DNA of 64,000 nt, from assembly GCA_038255915.1 (NCBI GenBank), contig JBBSKY010000003.1:10577-74576 (forward strand). The letters are read 5' to 3'. Position numbers and translations under genes: made by a program. Below are positions 20,958-31,123 of this stretch, piece after piece (the stretch's first letter is position 1; every line of letters begins with the position of its first letter). Under the pieces are notes generated by a model. The model did not search any database. It had not been told where the DNA came from and worked only from the letters and a program-made list of their open reading frames with translations. Origin of the DNA: Acidimicrobiales bacterium (lineage in GTDB: Bacteria; Actinomycetota; Acidimicrobiia; Acidimicrobiales; JAUJNH01).

Positions 20958-22229
20958 GTGCCTTCCTTCGCCGACCTTGGCGTGCCGTCCGACCTGCTCG
21001 CCGCGCTCACCGCCGCCGGTGTCACCGAGCCCTTCCCCATCCAGGCCGCCACGCTGCCTGACGCCCTCGCCGGCCGTGACGTCTGCGGCCGGGCCCCCAC
21101 CGGCTCGGGCAAGACCCTGGCCTACGGCCTGGCCGCCATCGCCCGCATCAGCTCGTCCTCCCCCCGCCGGCCTACCGGCCTGGTGCTGGTCCCCACCCGC
21201 GAGCTGGCCGCCCAGGTCCAAAAGGCCCTGATGCCCTTCGCCCAGGCCCGGCGCCGCTGGGTGTCCGCCTTCTACGGCGGCATGCCCTTCGGCCCCCAGT
21301 TCAAGGCCCTCGAGCGGGGTGTCGACATCGCCGTGGCCTGCCCCGGCCGCCTGCGTGACCTGGTCGAGCGGGGTGCGATCGACCTGTCCGGCGTCGAGGT
21401 GGCCGTGGTCGACGAGGCCGACCGCATGGCCGACCTCGGCTTCCTGGGCGAGGTGCAGTGGCTCCTCGACCAGTGCGGCCCCAAGCGCCAGGTGCTGCTG
21501 TTCTCGGCCACCCTCGACGGCGCCGTCGCCGTGCTGGTGAAGGGGTACCAGAACAACCCGGCCCGCCACGAGCTGCCCGAGGAGCAGACGGTCCCCGCCA
21601 CCCACCTGGCCTGGCGCACCGCCCGCCACGGCAAGCTCGGCCTGGTGGCCGACGCCGCCCGGGCCTGCGGCCCCACCATCGTGTTCTGCCGCACCCGCCT
21701 GGGCGCCGAGGGCGTGGCTGAGCGCCTCGTCGAGCGGGGCACCTCGGCCGTGGCCATCCACGGCGACAAGAACCAGTCGGCCCGTGCCCGTGCCCTGTCC
21801 GACTTCACCTACGGCCGGGCCCAGGTGCTGGTGGCCACCGACGTCGCCGCCCGCGGCATCCACGTCGACAACGTGGCCTGTGTCATCCACCTCGACCTGC
21901 CCGACGACCCGAAGGACCACGTGCACCGCTCGGGCCGCACCGCCCGGGCCGGCAAGGAAGGCGTGGTCATCACCCTGGTCGCCCCCGGCGAGGAGCGCCG
22001 CGTGAAGCGCCTGCTGTTCGCCGCCGGCGCCGCCAGCGCCGTCACCAACCCGGACATGGCCATCCTCGAGGCCCTCGACCTCCCGGTCTTCGTGGCCCCC
22101 ACCGAGCCCGAGCGCCGCCCCCGGCCCGACCGCCCCAGCCGCCCCGGCTACCAGGGCCGCAACCACGACAACCGCCCTCCCCGCCGCAGCAGCGGCGACT
22201 ACAGCTCGGCCCGGGCCGCCCGCAGCTGA
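20958..22229 (+). CDS. DEAD-box ATP-dependent RNA helicase
   Basis: GTG start. F..LG Q-motif region, APTGSGKT, VVDEADRM, SAT, HGDKNQSAR, HRSGRTARAG, and an Arg/Pro-rich tail. Confidence 0.93.
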   Translation: MPSFADLGVPSDLLAALTAAGVTEPFPIQAATLPDALAGRDVCGRAPTGSGKTLAYGLAAIARISSSSPRRPTGLVLVPTRELAAQVQKALMPFAQARRRWVSAFYGGMPFGPQFKALERGVDIAVACPGRLRDLVERGAIDLSGVEVAVVDEADRMADLGFLGEVQWLLDQCGPKRQVLLFSATLDGAVAVLVKGYQNNPARHELPEEQTVPATHLAWRTARHGKLGLVADAARACGPTIVFCRTRLGAEGVAERLVERGTSAVAIHGDKNQSARARALSDFTYGRAQVLVATDVAARGIHVDNVACVIHLDLPDDPKDHVHRSGRTARAGKEGVVITLVAPGEERRVKRLLFAAGAASAVTNPDMAILEALDLPVFVAPTEPERRPRPDRPSRPGYQGRNHDNRPPRRSSGDYSSARAARS

Positions 22230-22242
22230 GTGAGCGGAGAAA

Positions 22243-22266
22243 GGGCCGCCGGGCGACCGGCGGCCC
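22243..22266 (+). terminator. Hairpin after the helicase gene (10-bp stem gggccgccgg/ccggcggccc, loop gcga)
   Basis: Perfect GC-rich stem 14 nt after the stop. Confidence 0.55.
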
Positions 22267-22284
22267 ACCCGTAGGCTGGCCCGG

Positions 22285-24834
22285 GTGACACGGAGCGTTC
22301 CCGACAAGCCCAGCCTCGACGGGATCGAGGAGGCCTTGGCGGCCCGGTGGGAGGCCGAGGGGACCTATGCCTTTGACCGCGGCGCCGAGCGTGCGGAGGT
22401 GTACTCCATCGACACGCCGCCGCCCACTGTGTCGGGGTCGCTGCACGTCGGCCACGTGTTCAGCTACACCCACACCGACGCCGTCGCCCGCTACCAGCGG
22501 ATGCGGGGCAAGACCGTCTTCTACCCGATGGGGTGGGACGACAACGGGCTGCCCACCGAGCGGCGGGTCGAGAACCACTTCGGGGTGCGCTGCGACCCGA
22601 ACGTGCCCTACGACCCCGGCTTCGCGCCGCCGGCCAAGCCCGACGACAAGCGCAAGGTGGCCATCAGCCGCCGCAGCTTCGTGGAGCTGTGCCAGCAGCT
22701 GACGGTCGAGGACGAGAAGGTCTTCGAGTCGCTGTGGCGGCGGCTGGGGCTGTCGGTCGACTGGGCCATGACCTACGCCACCATCGGCGAGACGGCCCGG
22801 CGGGCCAGCCAGCGCATGTTCCTGCGCAACCTGGCCCGGGGTGAGGCCTACTCGGCCGAGGCGCCCACCATCTGGGACGTCACCTTCCAGACGGCGGTGG
22901 CCCAGGCCGAGCTTGAGGACCGGGAGCGGCCGGGCGCCTACCACCGCTTCGGCTTCGCCCGGGCCGACGGCCAGGGTGCGGTGGAGATCGAGACCACCCG
23001 ACCCGAGCTGCTGGCCGCCTGCTGTGCCCTGGTGGCCCACCCCGACGACGAGCGCTACAAGCCGCTGTTCGGCACCATCGTCACCACGCCCCTGTTCGAG
23101 GTCGAGGTGCCGGTGCTGGCCCACGAGCTGGCCCAGCCCGACAAGGGCTCGGGCATCGCCATGATCTGCACGTTCGGCGACACCACCGATGTCACCTGGT
23201 GGCGCGAGCTGCAGCTGCCCACCCGGTCGATCCTCGAGCGCAACGGGCGCACCAAGGCCGACTGCCCCGAGTGGATCACCACCGGCGCCGGCCGGGCCGC
23301 CTACGAGCGGCTGGCGGGCAAGACGGTGTTCTCAGCTCAGGCCGCCGTGGTCGAGCATCTGCGCGAGACCGGGGCGCTGATCGGCGAGCCCCGGGCCATC
23401 ACCCACCCGGTGAAGTTCTACGAGAAGGGCGACCGGCCGCTCGAGATCGTCACCAGCCGCCAGTGGTACATCCGCAACGGCGGCCGTGACGCCGAGCTGC
23501 GGGCGGCCCTGGCCGCCAGGGGCGCAGAGGTCGACTGGCACCCGCCCTTCATGCGCCACCGCTACGAGAGCTGGGTGCAAGGCCTGAACGGCGACTGGCT
23601 CATCTCCCGCCAGCGCTACTTCGGCATTCCCTTCCCCGTCTGGTACCCGGTGGAGGCCGACGGCACGGTGGCCAACGACCGCCCGATCCTCCCGCCCGAG
23701 GACGCCCTTCCCATCGACCCCTCCTCCGACTGCCCGCCCGGCTACGACGAGGCCCAGCGGGGCCAGCCCGGCGGCTTCGTGGCCGACCCCGACGTGATGG
23801 ACACCTGGGCCACCTCCTCGCTCAGCCCCCAGATCGCCTGCGGCTGGGAGGACGACCCCGACCTGTTCGCCCGCACCTTCCCGATGGACCTTCGCCCCCA
23901 GGGCCACGACATCATCCGCACCTGGCTGTTCTCCACCATGGTCCGCTCCCACTTCGAGCACGGCGTGGCCCCGTGGCGCAACGCCGGCATCAGCGGGTGG
24001 ATCCTCGACCCCGACCGCAAGAAGATGTCGAAGTCGAAGGGCAACGTGGTCACCCCGCTCGGCCTGCTCGAGGAGCACGGCACCGACGGCGTGCGCTACT
24101 GGGCGGCCAGCGGGCGGCCCGGCACCGACACCGCCTTCGACCCCAACCAGATGAACGTGGGCCGGCGGCTGGCCAAGAAGCTGCTGAACGCCTCGCGCTT
24201 CGCCCTCAACCTGGGCGAGGCGCCGCCCGGCGCCGTCCCCACCGCCGCGGTCGACTTGTCGCTGCTGGCCGCCCTGGCCCGGCTGGTCACCGAGGCCACC
24301 AACGCCTTTGAGAGCTACGACTACGCCCGGGCCCTCGAGCGCACAGAATCGTTCTTCTGGTCGTTCTGCGACGACCACCTCGAGCTGGTCAAGCAGCGGT
24401 CCTACGGCGACGGCGGCGACGAGGGGGCGGCATCGGCCCGGGCCACCCTCGAGCTCACCCTGTCAGTGCTGCAGCGCCTGTTCGCCCCGTTCCTGTGCTT
24501 CGTCACCGAGGAGGTGTGGTCGTGGTGGCAGGAGGGCTCGATCCACCGGGCCGCCTGGCCGTCGGTGGCCGAGATCCCCGGCGACGGCGACCCGCTGGTG
24601 GCGGCGGTGGCCGCCCCCGCCCTGGCCGCAGTGCGTCGGGCCAAGAGCGAGCAGAAGCGTTCCCTGCTGTGGCCGGTCGAGCGCCTGGTCGTCACCGAGA
24701 AGCCCGAGCGCCTGGCCGCGCTGCGCCTGGCCGAGGGCGACCTGATCGCCGCCGGCACCCTCGCCGCAATCGAGTACGTCGAGCTGACCGGCGACGGCGT
24801 GGCCACCTACGACGTCACCCTCGGACCCGCCTGA
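22285..24834 (+). CDS. valS: Valine--tRNA ligase
   Basis: 849 aa. PPPTVSGSLHVGH, GWDDNGLPTE, WLISRQRYFGIPFP, and KMSKSKGN. Confidence 0.95.
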   Translation: MTRSVPDKPSLDGIEEALAARWEAEGTYAFDRGAERAEVYSIDTPPPTVSGSLHVGHVFSYTHTDAVARYQRMRGKTVFYPMGWDDNGLPTERRVENHFGVRCDPNVPYDPGFAPPAKPDDKRKVAISRRSFVELCQQLTVEDEKVFESLWRRLGLSVDWAMTYATIGETARRASQRMFLRNLARGEAYSAEAPTIWDVTFQTAVAQAELEDRERPGAYHRFGFARADGQGAVEIETTRPELLAACCALVAHPDDERYKPLFGTIVTTPLFEVEVPVLAHELAQPDKGSGIAMICTFGDTTDVTWWRELQLPTRSILERNGRTKADCPEWITTGAGRAAYERLAGKTVFSAQAAVVEHLRETGALIGEPRAITHPVKFYEKGDRPLEIVTSRQWYIRNGGRDAELRAALAARGAEVDWHPPFMRHRYESWVQGLNGDWLISRQRYFGIPFPVWYPVEADGTVANDRPILPPEDALPIDPSSDCPPGYDEAQRGQPGGFVADPDVMDTWATSSLSPQIACGWEDDPDLFARTFPMDLRPQGHDIIRTWLFSTMVRSHFEHGVAPWRNAGISGWILDPDRKKMSKSKGNVVTPLGLLEEHGTDGVRYWAASGRPGTDTAFDPNQMNVGRRLAKKLLNASRFALNLGEAPPGAVPTAAVDLSLLAALARLVTEATNAFESYDYARALERTESFFWSFCDDHLELVKQRSYGDGGDEGAASARATLELTLSVLQRLFAPFLCFVTEEVWSWWQEGSIHRAAWPSVAEIPGDGDPLVAAVAAPALAAVRRAKSEQKRSLLWPVERLVVTEKPERLAALRLAEGDLIAAGTLAAIEYVELTGDGVATYDVTLGPA

Positions 24835-24853
24835 CGCAAGGCCGCGTCGGGTG

Positions 24854-26365
24854 TCAGCAGGTGAGCTGACCGGGCGGCAGCTCCAGGGTGAGCAGGTAGG
24901 TGTCGCCGATGGCGGTGGTGCAGGAGTTCAGGCCGTAGGCGGTGTGCCCCTCGCCCTCGTGACGGAGGAGGCGGCCCTGGGGGAGCTGGCGGGCCAGCGC
25001 CTCGGCCCACACGAACGGGGTGGCCGGGTCGTTGGTGGTGCCCACCACCAGGATGGGGGGGGTGCCAGGGGCGTTGGCCGGCGCCACCGTGCCGGTGGAA
25101 GGCACCGGCCACAGGCCGCAGATCAGACCGCTCCAGGCCAGCGCCGGCCCGAAGGCCGGGGCGGTGCGGGCGGCGTCGGCGGCCGCCCGCTCGTAGGTGG
25201 CCGGGTCGCGCGGCGCCGGCCGGTCGAGGCAGTTGACCGCGGCGTTGGCCTCCTGGTCGTTGGAGAACGAGCCGTCCGGCCTGCGGCCGGTGAGGGCGTC
25301 GAACCCGCCCAGCACGATGGTGCCGCTGCCGGCTTCGATCTGGGCCAGGCCTCGGGCCAGGGGGGGCCAGGTGTCGCGGCTGTAGAGGAAGGCGGCCACC
25401 CCGAGCTGCAGCTCCGACGATCCCACCCGGCGGCTGCCGGCGGCGATGGGCCGGGCGTCGACCTGAGCGATGAGGGCCAGGAACGCCGCCTTGGTGACGC
25501 CACCCTTCGGCCTCCAGGCACAGGTCGGGCGCTGCCGGCAGTCGTCGACGAAGGCGTCGAAGGACCGCTCGAAGCCCTCGCCCTGCACCCGGTTCAGCGT
25601 CGGCCCGTCCAGCGAGGGGTCGATGGCGCCGTCGAGCACGAGGGCGCGGACCCGGTCCGGGAACAGCTCGGCGTAGGCGGTGCCGAGGGCGGTGCCGTAG
25701 GAGAAGCCGACGTAGGTCAGCTTGTCGTCGCCCACCGCGATGCGGATGCGGTCGAGGTCGCGGGCGGCGTCCACGGTGCCGACGTGGGCCAGGAGATCGC
25801 CGCTGCGCTCCTGGCACCCGGCCACGAGGTGCTCGGTGCTCCGCAGCAGGGCAGCCGTCTCGGCCGGGTCGTCGGGGGTGGGATCGATGGCGAAGTAGGC
25901 GTCGAGCTCGGCGCTCGGCAGACAGCGAACCGGGGCGCTGCGGCCCACTCCCCGGGGGTCGAAGCCGATGACGTCGAACCGGGTCTTCACCTTCTCCGAG
26001 AGGCGGGCGAGCAGGCCCGGGAGGCCGTCCACCCCCGACGCTCCCGGTCCCCCGGGGTTGACCAGCAGCGACCCGATCCGCCGGTCCGGTTCGGTGGCCC
26101 GCCGGCGGTTCAGGGCGATCCCGATCTGGCGGCCCCCGAGGTCGGCGGCGTCTAGCGGCACCTGCAGCGTGGCGCACTCGAACGGCCCGCACGGCTGCCA
26201 GTCGAGCGGCGGGACCGGCGGCGCCGTGCTCGGCCCAGCGGTGACCGACGGCCCGGGTGCGGACCCATCCGTCGCCGGCCGCTCCCCATCCCGCAGACGG
26301 CCCGCCGACGCACATCCTGCGGCCACCAGCAGCGTCGCCAGGAGCGGGAGAATGGTGCGGCGCAC
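24854..26365 (-). CDS. Secreted lipoprotein, alpha/beta hydrolase of the tripeptidyl-aminopeptidase type
   Basis: Lipobox LLVAAGC, NPGGPG, nucleophile elbow GFSYGT, and a C-terminal GEGHTAY. Confidence 0.85.
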   Translation of the reverse strand: MRRTILPLLATLLVAAGCASAGRLRDGERPATDGSAPGPSVTAGPSTAPPVPPLDWQPCGPFECATLQVPLDAADLGGRQIGIALNRRRATEPDRRIGSLLVNPGGPGASGVDGLPGLLARLSEKVKTRFDVIGFDPRGVGRSAPVRCLPSAELDAYFAIDPTPDDPAETAALLRSTEHLVAGCQERSGDLLAHVGTVDAARDLDRIRIAVGDDKLTYVGFSYGTALGTAYAELFPDRVRALVLDGAIDPSLDGPTLNRVQGEGFERSFDAFVDDCRQRPTCAWRPKGGVTKAAFLALIAQVDARPIAAGSRRVGSSELQLGVAAFLYSRDTWPPLARGLAQIEAGSGTIVLGGFDALTGRRPDGSFSNDQEANAAVNCLDRPAPRDPATYERAAADAARTAPAFGPALAWSGLICGLWPVPSTGTVAPANAPGTPPILVVGTTNDPATPFVWAEALARQLPQGRLLRHEGEGHTAYGLNSCTTAIGDTYLLTLELPPGQLTC

Positions 26366-26484
26366 GGCGAGAACGAGCGTACCGGCGGCCCCGCCGCTGC
26401 CGGCCGCAGGCCCGTGCCCGGGTGCCCGACGGGACCGGTTTGATTTCCGGCGCGACCACGGCCGAACTTGGCGAAGATGGGGCC

Positions 26485-27264
26485 ATGGCCACCACCGTCC
26501 ACCCCAGCCCCGCCGGCCCGGCCCTGGGTCGTGACGCCGTCGCCGCCTGGACCGTGGCCGCCACCAAGGTCTACGGCACCTACGGGCAGGACAACGCCGT
26601 CATCGCCCTCGACCAGGTCTCCACCGCCTTCGGGCGGGGGCGGTTCACCGCCATCATGGGTCCGTCGGGCTCGGGCAAGTCCACCCTGCTGCACTGCCTG
26701 GCCGGCCTCGACTCACTCACCTCCGGGCAGGTGTTCATCGCCGGCCAGGACCTGTCGAAGATGTCCGACAAGCAGCTGACCCAGCTGCGCCGCGACCGCA
26801 TCGGGTTCATCTTCCAGGCCTACAACCTGGTGCCCACCCTGACGGCCCTGGAGAACATCGTGCTGCCGGCCTCCCTGGCCGGCCGCAAGCCCGACAAGGC
26901 CTGGCTCGACCAGGTGGTCGAGGCCGTCAGCCTCGGCCCGCGCCTCAGCCACAAGCCGAACCAGCTGTCCGGCGGCCAGCAGCAGCGGGTGGCCTGCGCC
27001 CGGGCTCTGGCCGGCCGGCCCGACATCGTGTTCGCCGACGAGCCGTCGGGGAACCTCGACAGCCGGTCGTCGGCCGAGCTGCTGGCCTTCCTGCGCCGGG
27101 CCGTCACCGAGCTGGGCCAGACCATCGTGATGGTGACCCACGACCCGACCGCCGCCGCCTACGCCGACCGGGTCCTGTTCCTGGCCGACGGCCGGGTCGT
27201 GGGCTACCTCGACGACCCGACGGCCGAGACGATCCTGAGCCGCATGGCCGGGCTGGGGGGCTGA
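26485..27264 (+). CDS. ABC transporter ATP-binding protein (MacB/LolD-like)
   Basis: ATG at 26485. GPSGSGKST, LSGGQQQRVACARAL, and IVFADEPSGNLD. Confidence 0.9.
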   Translation: MATTVHPSPAGPALGRDAVAAWTVAATKVYGTYGQDNAVIALDQVSTAFGRGRFTAIMGPSGSGKSTLLHCLAGLDSLTSGQVFIAGQDLSKMSDKQLTQLRRDRIGFIFQAYNLVPTLTALENIVLPASLAGRKPDKAWLDQVVEAVSLGPRLSHKPNQLSGGQQQRVACARALAGRPDIVFADEPSGNLDSRSSAELLAFLRRAVTELGQTIVMVTHDPTAAAYADRVLFLADGRVVGYLDDPTAETILSRMAGLGG

Positions 27265-27265
27265 G

Positions 27266-29776
27266 ATGCTGATGGCCACCCTGGCCAGCCTCTTCGCCCG
27301 CAAGCTGCGGCTGGCCCTGACCGCCACCGCCATCGTCATCGGCGTGGCCTTCATGACCGGCGCCTTCGTCCTCAGCGACACCCTGACTGCCACCTTCGAC
27401 GACCTGTTCCAGGAGGTCAACGAGTCCAAGGACGTCGTCGTGGTGCCCAGGCCGGCCTTCGGCGACGCCACCGAGGGCACGGGCGAGCCGATTCCCGAGG
27501 CCACGCTCGGCACCGTGCGCAGGGTCCCGGGCGTCGCCGCCGCCGAGGGCTCGGTGCTGGGCCTGGGCCAGCTGCTGGACGAGAAGGGCAAGCAGGTCAC
27601 CGGAGCCGGCCCCACCCTCGTGGGCAACCCAGCCGAGGACGAGCAGCTGAGCACCACCACCTACGCCCAGGGCGAGCGGCCCACCAAGGCCGACCAGGTG
27701 GCCCTCGACAAGGGCACGGCAAAGCGCATCGACGCCACCCTGGGCGACCGGCTGGCCCTCATCACCCCCAACGGCCGGGTCGAAGTGATCGTCACCGGCA
27801 TCTTCACCTTCGGCTCCTCGAACAGCCTGGCCGGCGCCACTCTGGTCGAGGTGCCGACCCGCCAGGCCCAGGAGCTGTTCGACCGCGTCGGCCTCTACGA
27901 CCAGATCGACGTGCGGGGCTCGGGCGACCTCACCCAGGAGCAGCTGCGTGACCGGATCGCCGCCGTGCTGCCGCCTACGGCCCAGGCCGAGACGGCCGAG
28001 GACAACGCCGCCGCCCAGTCGGAGAGCGTGGGCGAGTTCGTCGGCTACCTGCGCATCGGCCTCACGGGCTTCGCCCTGGTCGCGCTGTTCGTGGGGTCCT
28101 TCATCATCGTCAACACCTTCTCCATCCTGGTGACCCAGCGCACCCGAGAGCTGGGCCTGCTCCGGGCCCTCGGGGCCAGCCGGCGCCAGGTACTCGGCTC
28201 GATCCTGGGCGAGTCGGTGGCCGTGGGCATCCTCGGCTCCGTGCTGGGCGTGGCCGGTGGGGTGGGCCTGGCCTTCGTGCTGAACCTGGCCCTCGGCTCG
28301 TTCCTCGGCAGCTCCTCCGCCACGCCAGTCGTCAAGCCGCTGGCCCTAGCCGTGCCCCTGGTCCTGGGCACGGTCATCACCGTGCTCGCTGCCCTTTACC
28401 CCGGCATCAGGGGCTCACGGGTCACCCCGCTCGCCGCCATGCGCGAGGACGAAGGCGGTGGTGATCTCGGCCTGGCGAAGCGGGGCATCGTCGGTGGCAT
28501 CACCACCGCGGCCGGTGCCGCTCTCTTCGTGGTCGCCCTCACTGGCGGGCCTGCGCCCCTCCTCGGCGCCGGGGCCGTTCTGCTCTTCGTGGGGCTGTCG
28601 CTGCTGCTGGCCCTGGCCGCCCGCCCGCTGGTGGCGGCCTTCGGCCTGCCCCTCTCCCGCACCGGCGCCGCCGGCAAGCTGGGGCTGGCCAACGCCAAGC
28701 GCAACCCCCGCCGCACGGCGTCCACCGCCTCGGCGCTCATGATCGGGCTCGCCCTGATCGGAGGGGTGTCCACCTTCGCCGCCTCGGTGAGCGCCTCGAT
28801 CTCCGAGGTGATCGACCGGTCGGTGCGGGCCGACCTGGTGGTGCAGCCCAACGGCTTCAGCCCCGGCTTCGGCACCGACATCACCGACCAGATCGCCGCT
28901 CTCCCCGCCGCCGACCGCAGCACCCCGATCCGGACCGGCGAGATCCAGGTGGCCGGCGGCACCAAGAGCCTGACCGCCCTCGACGCCGCCGACGGCGACC
29001 TGCTGGGCCTGCAGGTCACCGCCGGGTCGGTGGGCACCATCCTCGGCGGCCAGGTGCTGGTCGACGAGGACCTGGCCAAGGAGCAGGGCTGGCGGGTGGA
29101 CCAGTCGATCGACGTGGTGTTCGCCCGCACCGGGCCGGCGAGGCTGCGGATCGGCGGGATCTTCGGCAAGAACGAGCTGGCCGGTTCGTTCATCTCCTCC
29201 CTGGCCACCTACGACCGCAACTTCACCAGCAACGTCGACACCGTCGCCCTGGTCAACGCCAAGCCGGGCCGGCTGGCCGAGCTGCGCACCCAGGTGCGGG
29301 CCGTCACCCAGGACAACCCCACCATCAAGGTCCAGACCCGCAACGAGTTCCAGGACGAGCTGCGCAGCCAGGTCGACACCGCCACCCAGGTCGTCTACGT
29401 CCTCCTGGCCCTGTCGGTGCTGATCGCCGTGATCGGCATCATCAACACCCTGGCCCTGTCGGTGCTCGAGCGCACCCGAGAGCTGGGCCTGCTGCGGGCC
29501 GTGGGCATGCAGCGCAAGCAGGTGCGGCGGATGGTGCGCACCGAGGCGGTGGTCGTGTCGGTGCTCGGCGGCGTCGTCGGCCTGGCCGTCGGGGTGGCGC
29601 TTGGGGCGGCGTTCGTGCTGTCGCTGGCCGACGACGGCATCGACAAGCTGGGCCTGCCCGTGGGCCAGCTGATCGCGGCGGTGATCTTCGCAGGCCTGGC
29701 CGGCGTGGTGGCCGCCCTCTACCCGGCCCGCAAGGCCGCCAAGATGGACGTGCTGCGGGCGATCACGGTGGAGTGA
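27266..29776 (+). CDS. ABC transporter permease with two FtsX-like domains
   Basis: 836 aa, starting 1 nt after the ATPase stop. The TRELGLLRA(L/V)G motif occurs twice (near aa 294 and 735), and multiple TM spans are present. Confidence 0.9.
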   Translation: MLMATLASLFARKLRLALTATAIVIGVAFMTGAFVLSDTLTATFDDLFQEVNESKDVVVVPRPAFGDATEGTGEPIPEATLGTVRRVPGVAAAEGSVLGLGQLLDEKGKQVTGAGPTLVGNPAEDEQLSTTTYAQGERPTKADQVALDKGTAKRIDATLGDRLALITPNGRVEVIVTGIFTFGSSNSLAGATLVEVPTRQAQELFDRVGLYDQIDVRGSGDLTQEQLRDRIAAVLPPTAQAETAEDNAAAQSESVGEFVGYLRIGLTGFALVALFVGSFIIVNTFSILVTQRTRELGLLRALGASRRQVLGSILGESVAVGILGSVLGVAGGVGLAFVLNLALGSFLGSSSATPVVKPLALAVPLVLGTVITVLAALYPGIRGSRVTPLAAMREDEGGGDLGLAKRGIVGGITTAAGAALFVVALTGGPAPLLGAGAVLLFVGLSLLLALAARPLVAAFGLPLSRTGAAGKLGLANAKRNPRRTASTASALMIGLALIGGVSTFAASVSASISEVIDRSVRADLVVQPNGFSPGFGTDITDQIAALPAADRSTPIRTGEIQVAGGTKSLTALDAADGDLLGLQVTAGSVGTILGGQVLVDEDLAKEQGWRVDQSIDVVFARTGPARLRIGGIFGKNELAGSFISSLATYDRNFTSNVDTVALVNAKPGRLAELRTQVRAVTQDNPTIKVQTRNEFQDELRSQVDTATQVVYVLLALSVLIAVIGIINTLALSVLERTRELGLLRAVGMQRKQVRRMVRTEAVVVSVLGGVVGLAVGVALGAAFVLSLADDGIDKLGLPVGQLIAAVIFAGLAGVVAALYPARKAAKMDVLRAITVE

Positions 29777-30941
29777 GCGACACCGCCTCGTCGTCCTCCG
29801 GTGACGCCGCCCCCACCCGCACGGCGCCATCGAGGCGGTAGCCCCGGCCCCGGACGGTGACGAGGTGGGAGCCCACGGGGCCGAGCCGGCCTCGCAGGCG
29901 GTTGACCGCCACCTCGACGGCGTGGGGGTCGCTGCCCGGCCCCCACAGGCGGTTGGCCAGGGTGGACTTGCCCACCACGGCGCCGGGCCGCTCGGCCAGG
30001 GTGCCCAGGACCGCAGCCTCTCGAGGCGGCAGCTCGACGGCCACGCCATCGATCACGGCGATGGTGCTCTTCAGGACCACGACGTGGCCGCCGAGGTGCA
30101 GCTCGACGCAGCGCGAGGCCAGCGCCTCGGAGACGACGCGGACCAGCAGGCCGAGCCGGCCGACCCCGGGGAACAGCGGCGCCTCGACCCCCTCGTCGGA
30201 GGCAGCGCCGGCGCAGACCGAGCCCACGCACCCGGCCACCACCCGGCCGCTGTTGAACGCCGAGCGCAGGGCGGCGCCATTGCCGTTGAGGTCGGCCAGG
30301 GTGAACAGGTTGGTGACCGCCGGGGCGCTGGTGAAGGTGATGGCGTCGACCTCGCCGCCGAGGGTGGCGTCGACCAGCCGGAGGGCGGGCGCCGGGTCAT
30401 CGGGCAGGCGCCAGCGGTAGACGGGCACAGGCACCACCTCGGCGCCAGCCAGCTTGAGGTCGACCGCGGCGGCGCCCGTGGGCTGGCCGTGCTCCTGCAC
30501 CACGACCCGCAGGCCGGCGACGCCGCCCTCGAGGAGCAGGGCGACGGCGTCGTCGAGCCGCTCCGAGGGCGGCTGCAGGGCCACCTCCAGCCCCCACTGG
30601 CGGGCCGCCGCCGCGGCCTTGACGCCCCGGGCCACCAGGCGGGCCGGGCGCAGCGAGGCCAGCAGGGCGTCGCCCAGGCCCCACCCCTGGGCGGCCTCGA
30701 ACCAGGCCCGCAACCCGATGCCGGTGGTGATGATCACGATGTCCGGCGGCGCCTTCAGCACCTCGTCGGTGGCCCGGCGCAGAGCCGCCTCGTCGTCGAG
30801 GTACTGGGTGGCCATCGTCGGGGCGTGCAGCACCCTGGCCCCCCGGCGGGTGAACAGCTCGATCTGCTCGGCGCTGCGCCGGTCGGCGGTGACGGCCACC
30901 GTGAAGCCCTGGAGGGGGCGCACGTCGAGGGGTGTCGTCAT
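29763..30941 (-). CDS. nnaR: HemD-like (uroporphyrinogen-III synthase fold) domain fused to OmpR/PhoB-type winged-helix domain; NnaR-like nitrate/nitrite assimilation regulator
   Basis: ATG at 30941 (MTTPLDVRPLQGF). The N-terminal ~250 aa are HemD-like. The C-terminus is ELPPREAAVLGTLAERPGAVVGKSTLANRLWG...VEVAVNRLRGRLG...VTVRGRGYRL. It is divergent from narK-nirBD. Confidence 0.8.
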   Translation of the reverse strand: MTTPLDVRPLQGFTVAVTADRRSAEQIELFTRRGARVLHAPTMATQYLDDEAALRRATDEVLKAPPDIVIITTGIGLRAWFEAAQGWGLGDALLASLRPARLVARGVKAAAAARQWGLEVALQPPSERLDDAVALLLEGGVAGLRVVVQEHGQPTGAAAVDLKLAGAEVVPVPVYRWRLPDDPAPALRLVDATLGGEVDAITFTSAPAVTNLFTLADLNGNGAALRSAFNSGRVVAGCVGSVCAGAASDEGVEAPLFPGVGRLGLLVRVVSEALASRCVELHLGGHVVVLKSTIAVIDGVAVELPPREAAVLGTLAERPGAVVGKSTLANRLWGPGSDPHAVEVAVNRLRGRLGPVGSHLVTVRGRGYRLDGAVRVGAASPEDDEAVSLTPP

Positions 30942-31123
30942 GCTGCCATTCGAGCAGTGTCCCGTCTCCTCGGGGTTTCTCGCGTGCCACCGGGGCGTTC
31001 CAGCACCCTGACGGCTTCCTTCCACCTGTGTTACCGCCTCGTTGCCATCACCTCACGTCGCCGGGGCAAGCCGGTGTGCCAACCGACGTAGGGACGTGAC
31101 ACACGAGCAAAGTCCCGGGAACA

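Noticed and set aside
31096-31122. GlnR-box-like phased pentamers GTGAC-n6-GCAAA-n6-GGAAC (and GTTAC-n6-GTTGC at about 31031) in the nnaR/narK intergenic region
   Set aside because: They only partly match the gTnAc-n6-GaAAc consensus as I remember it. They also lie too close to the narK start to act as a classical upstream activator site. Not supported without a matrix scan.
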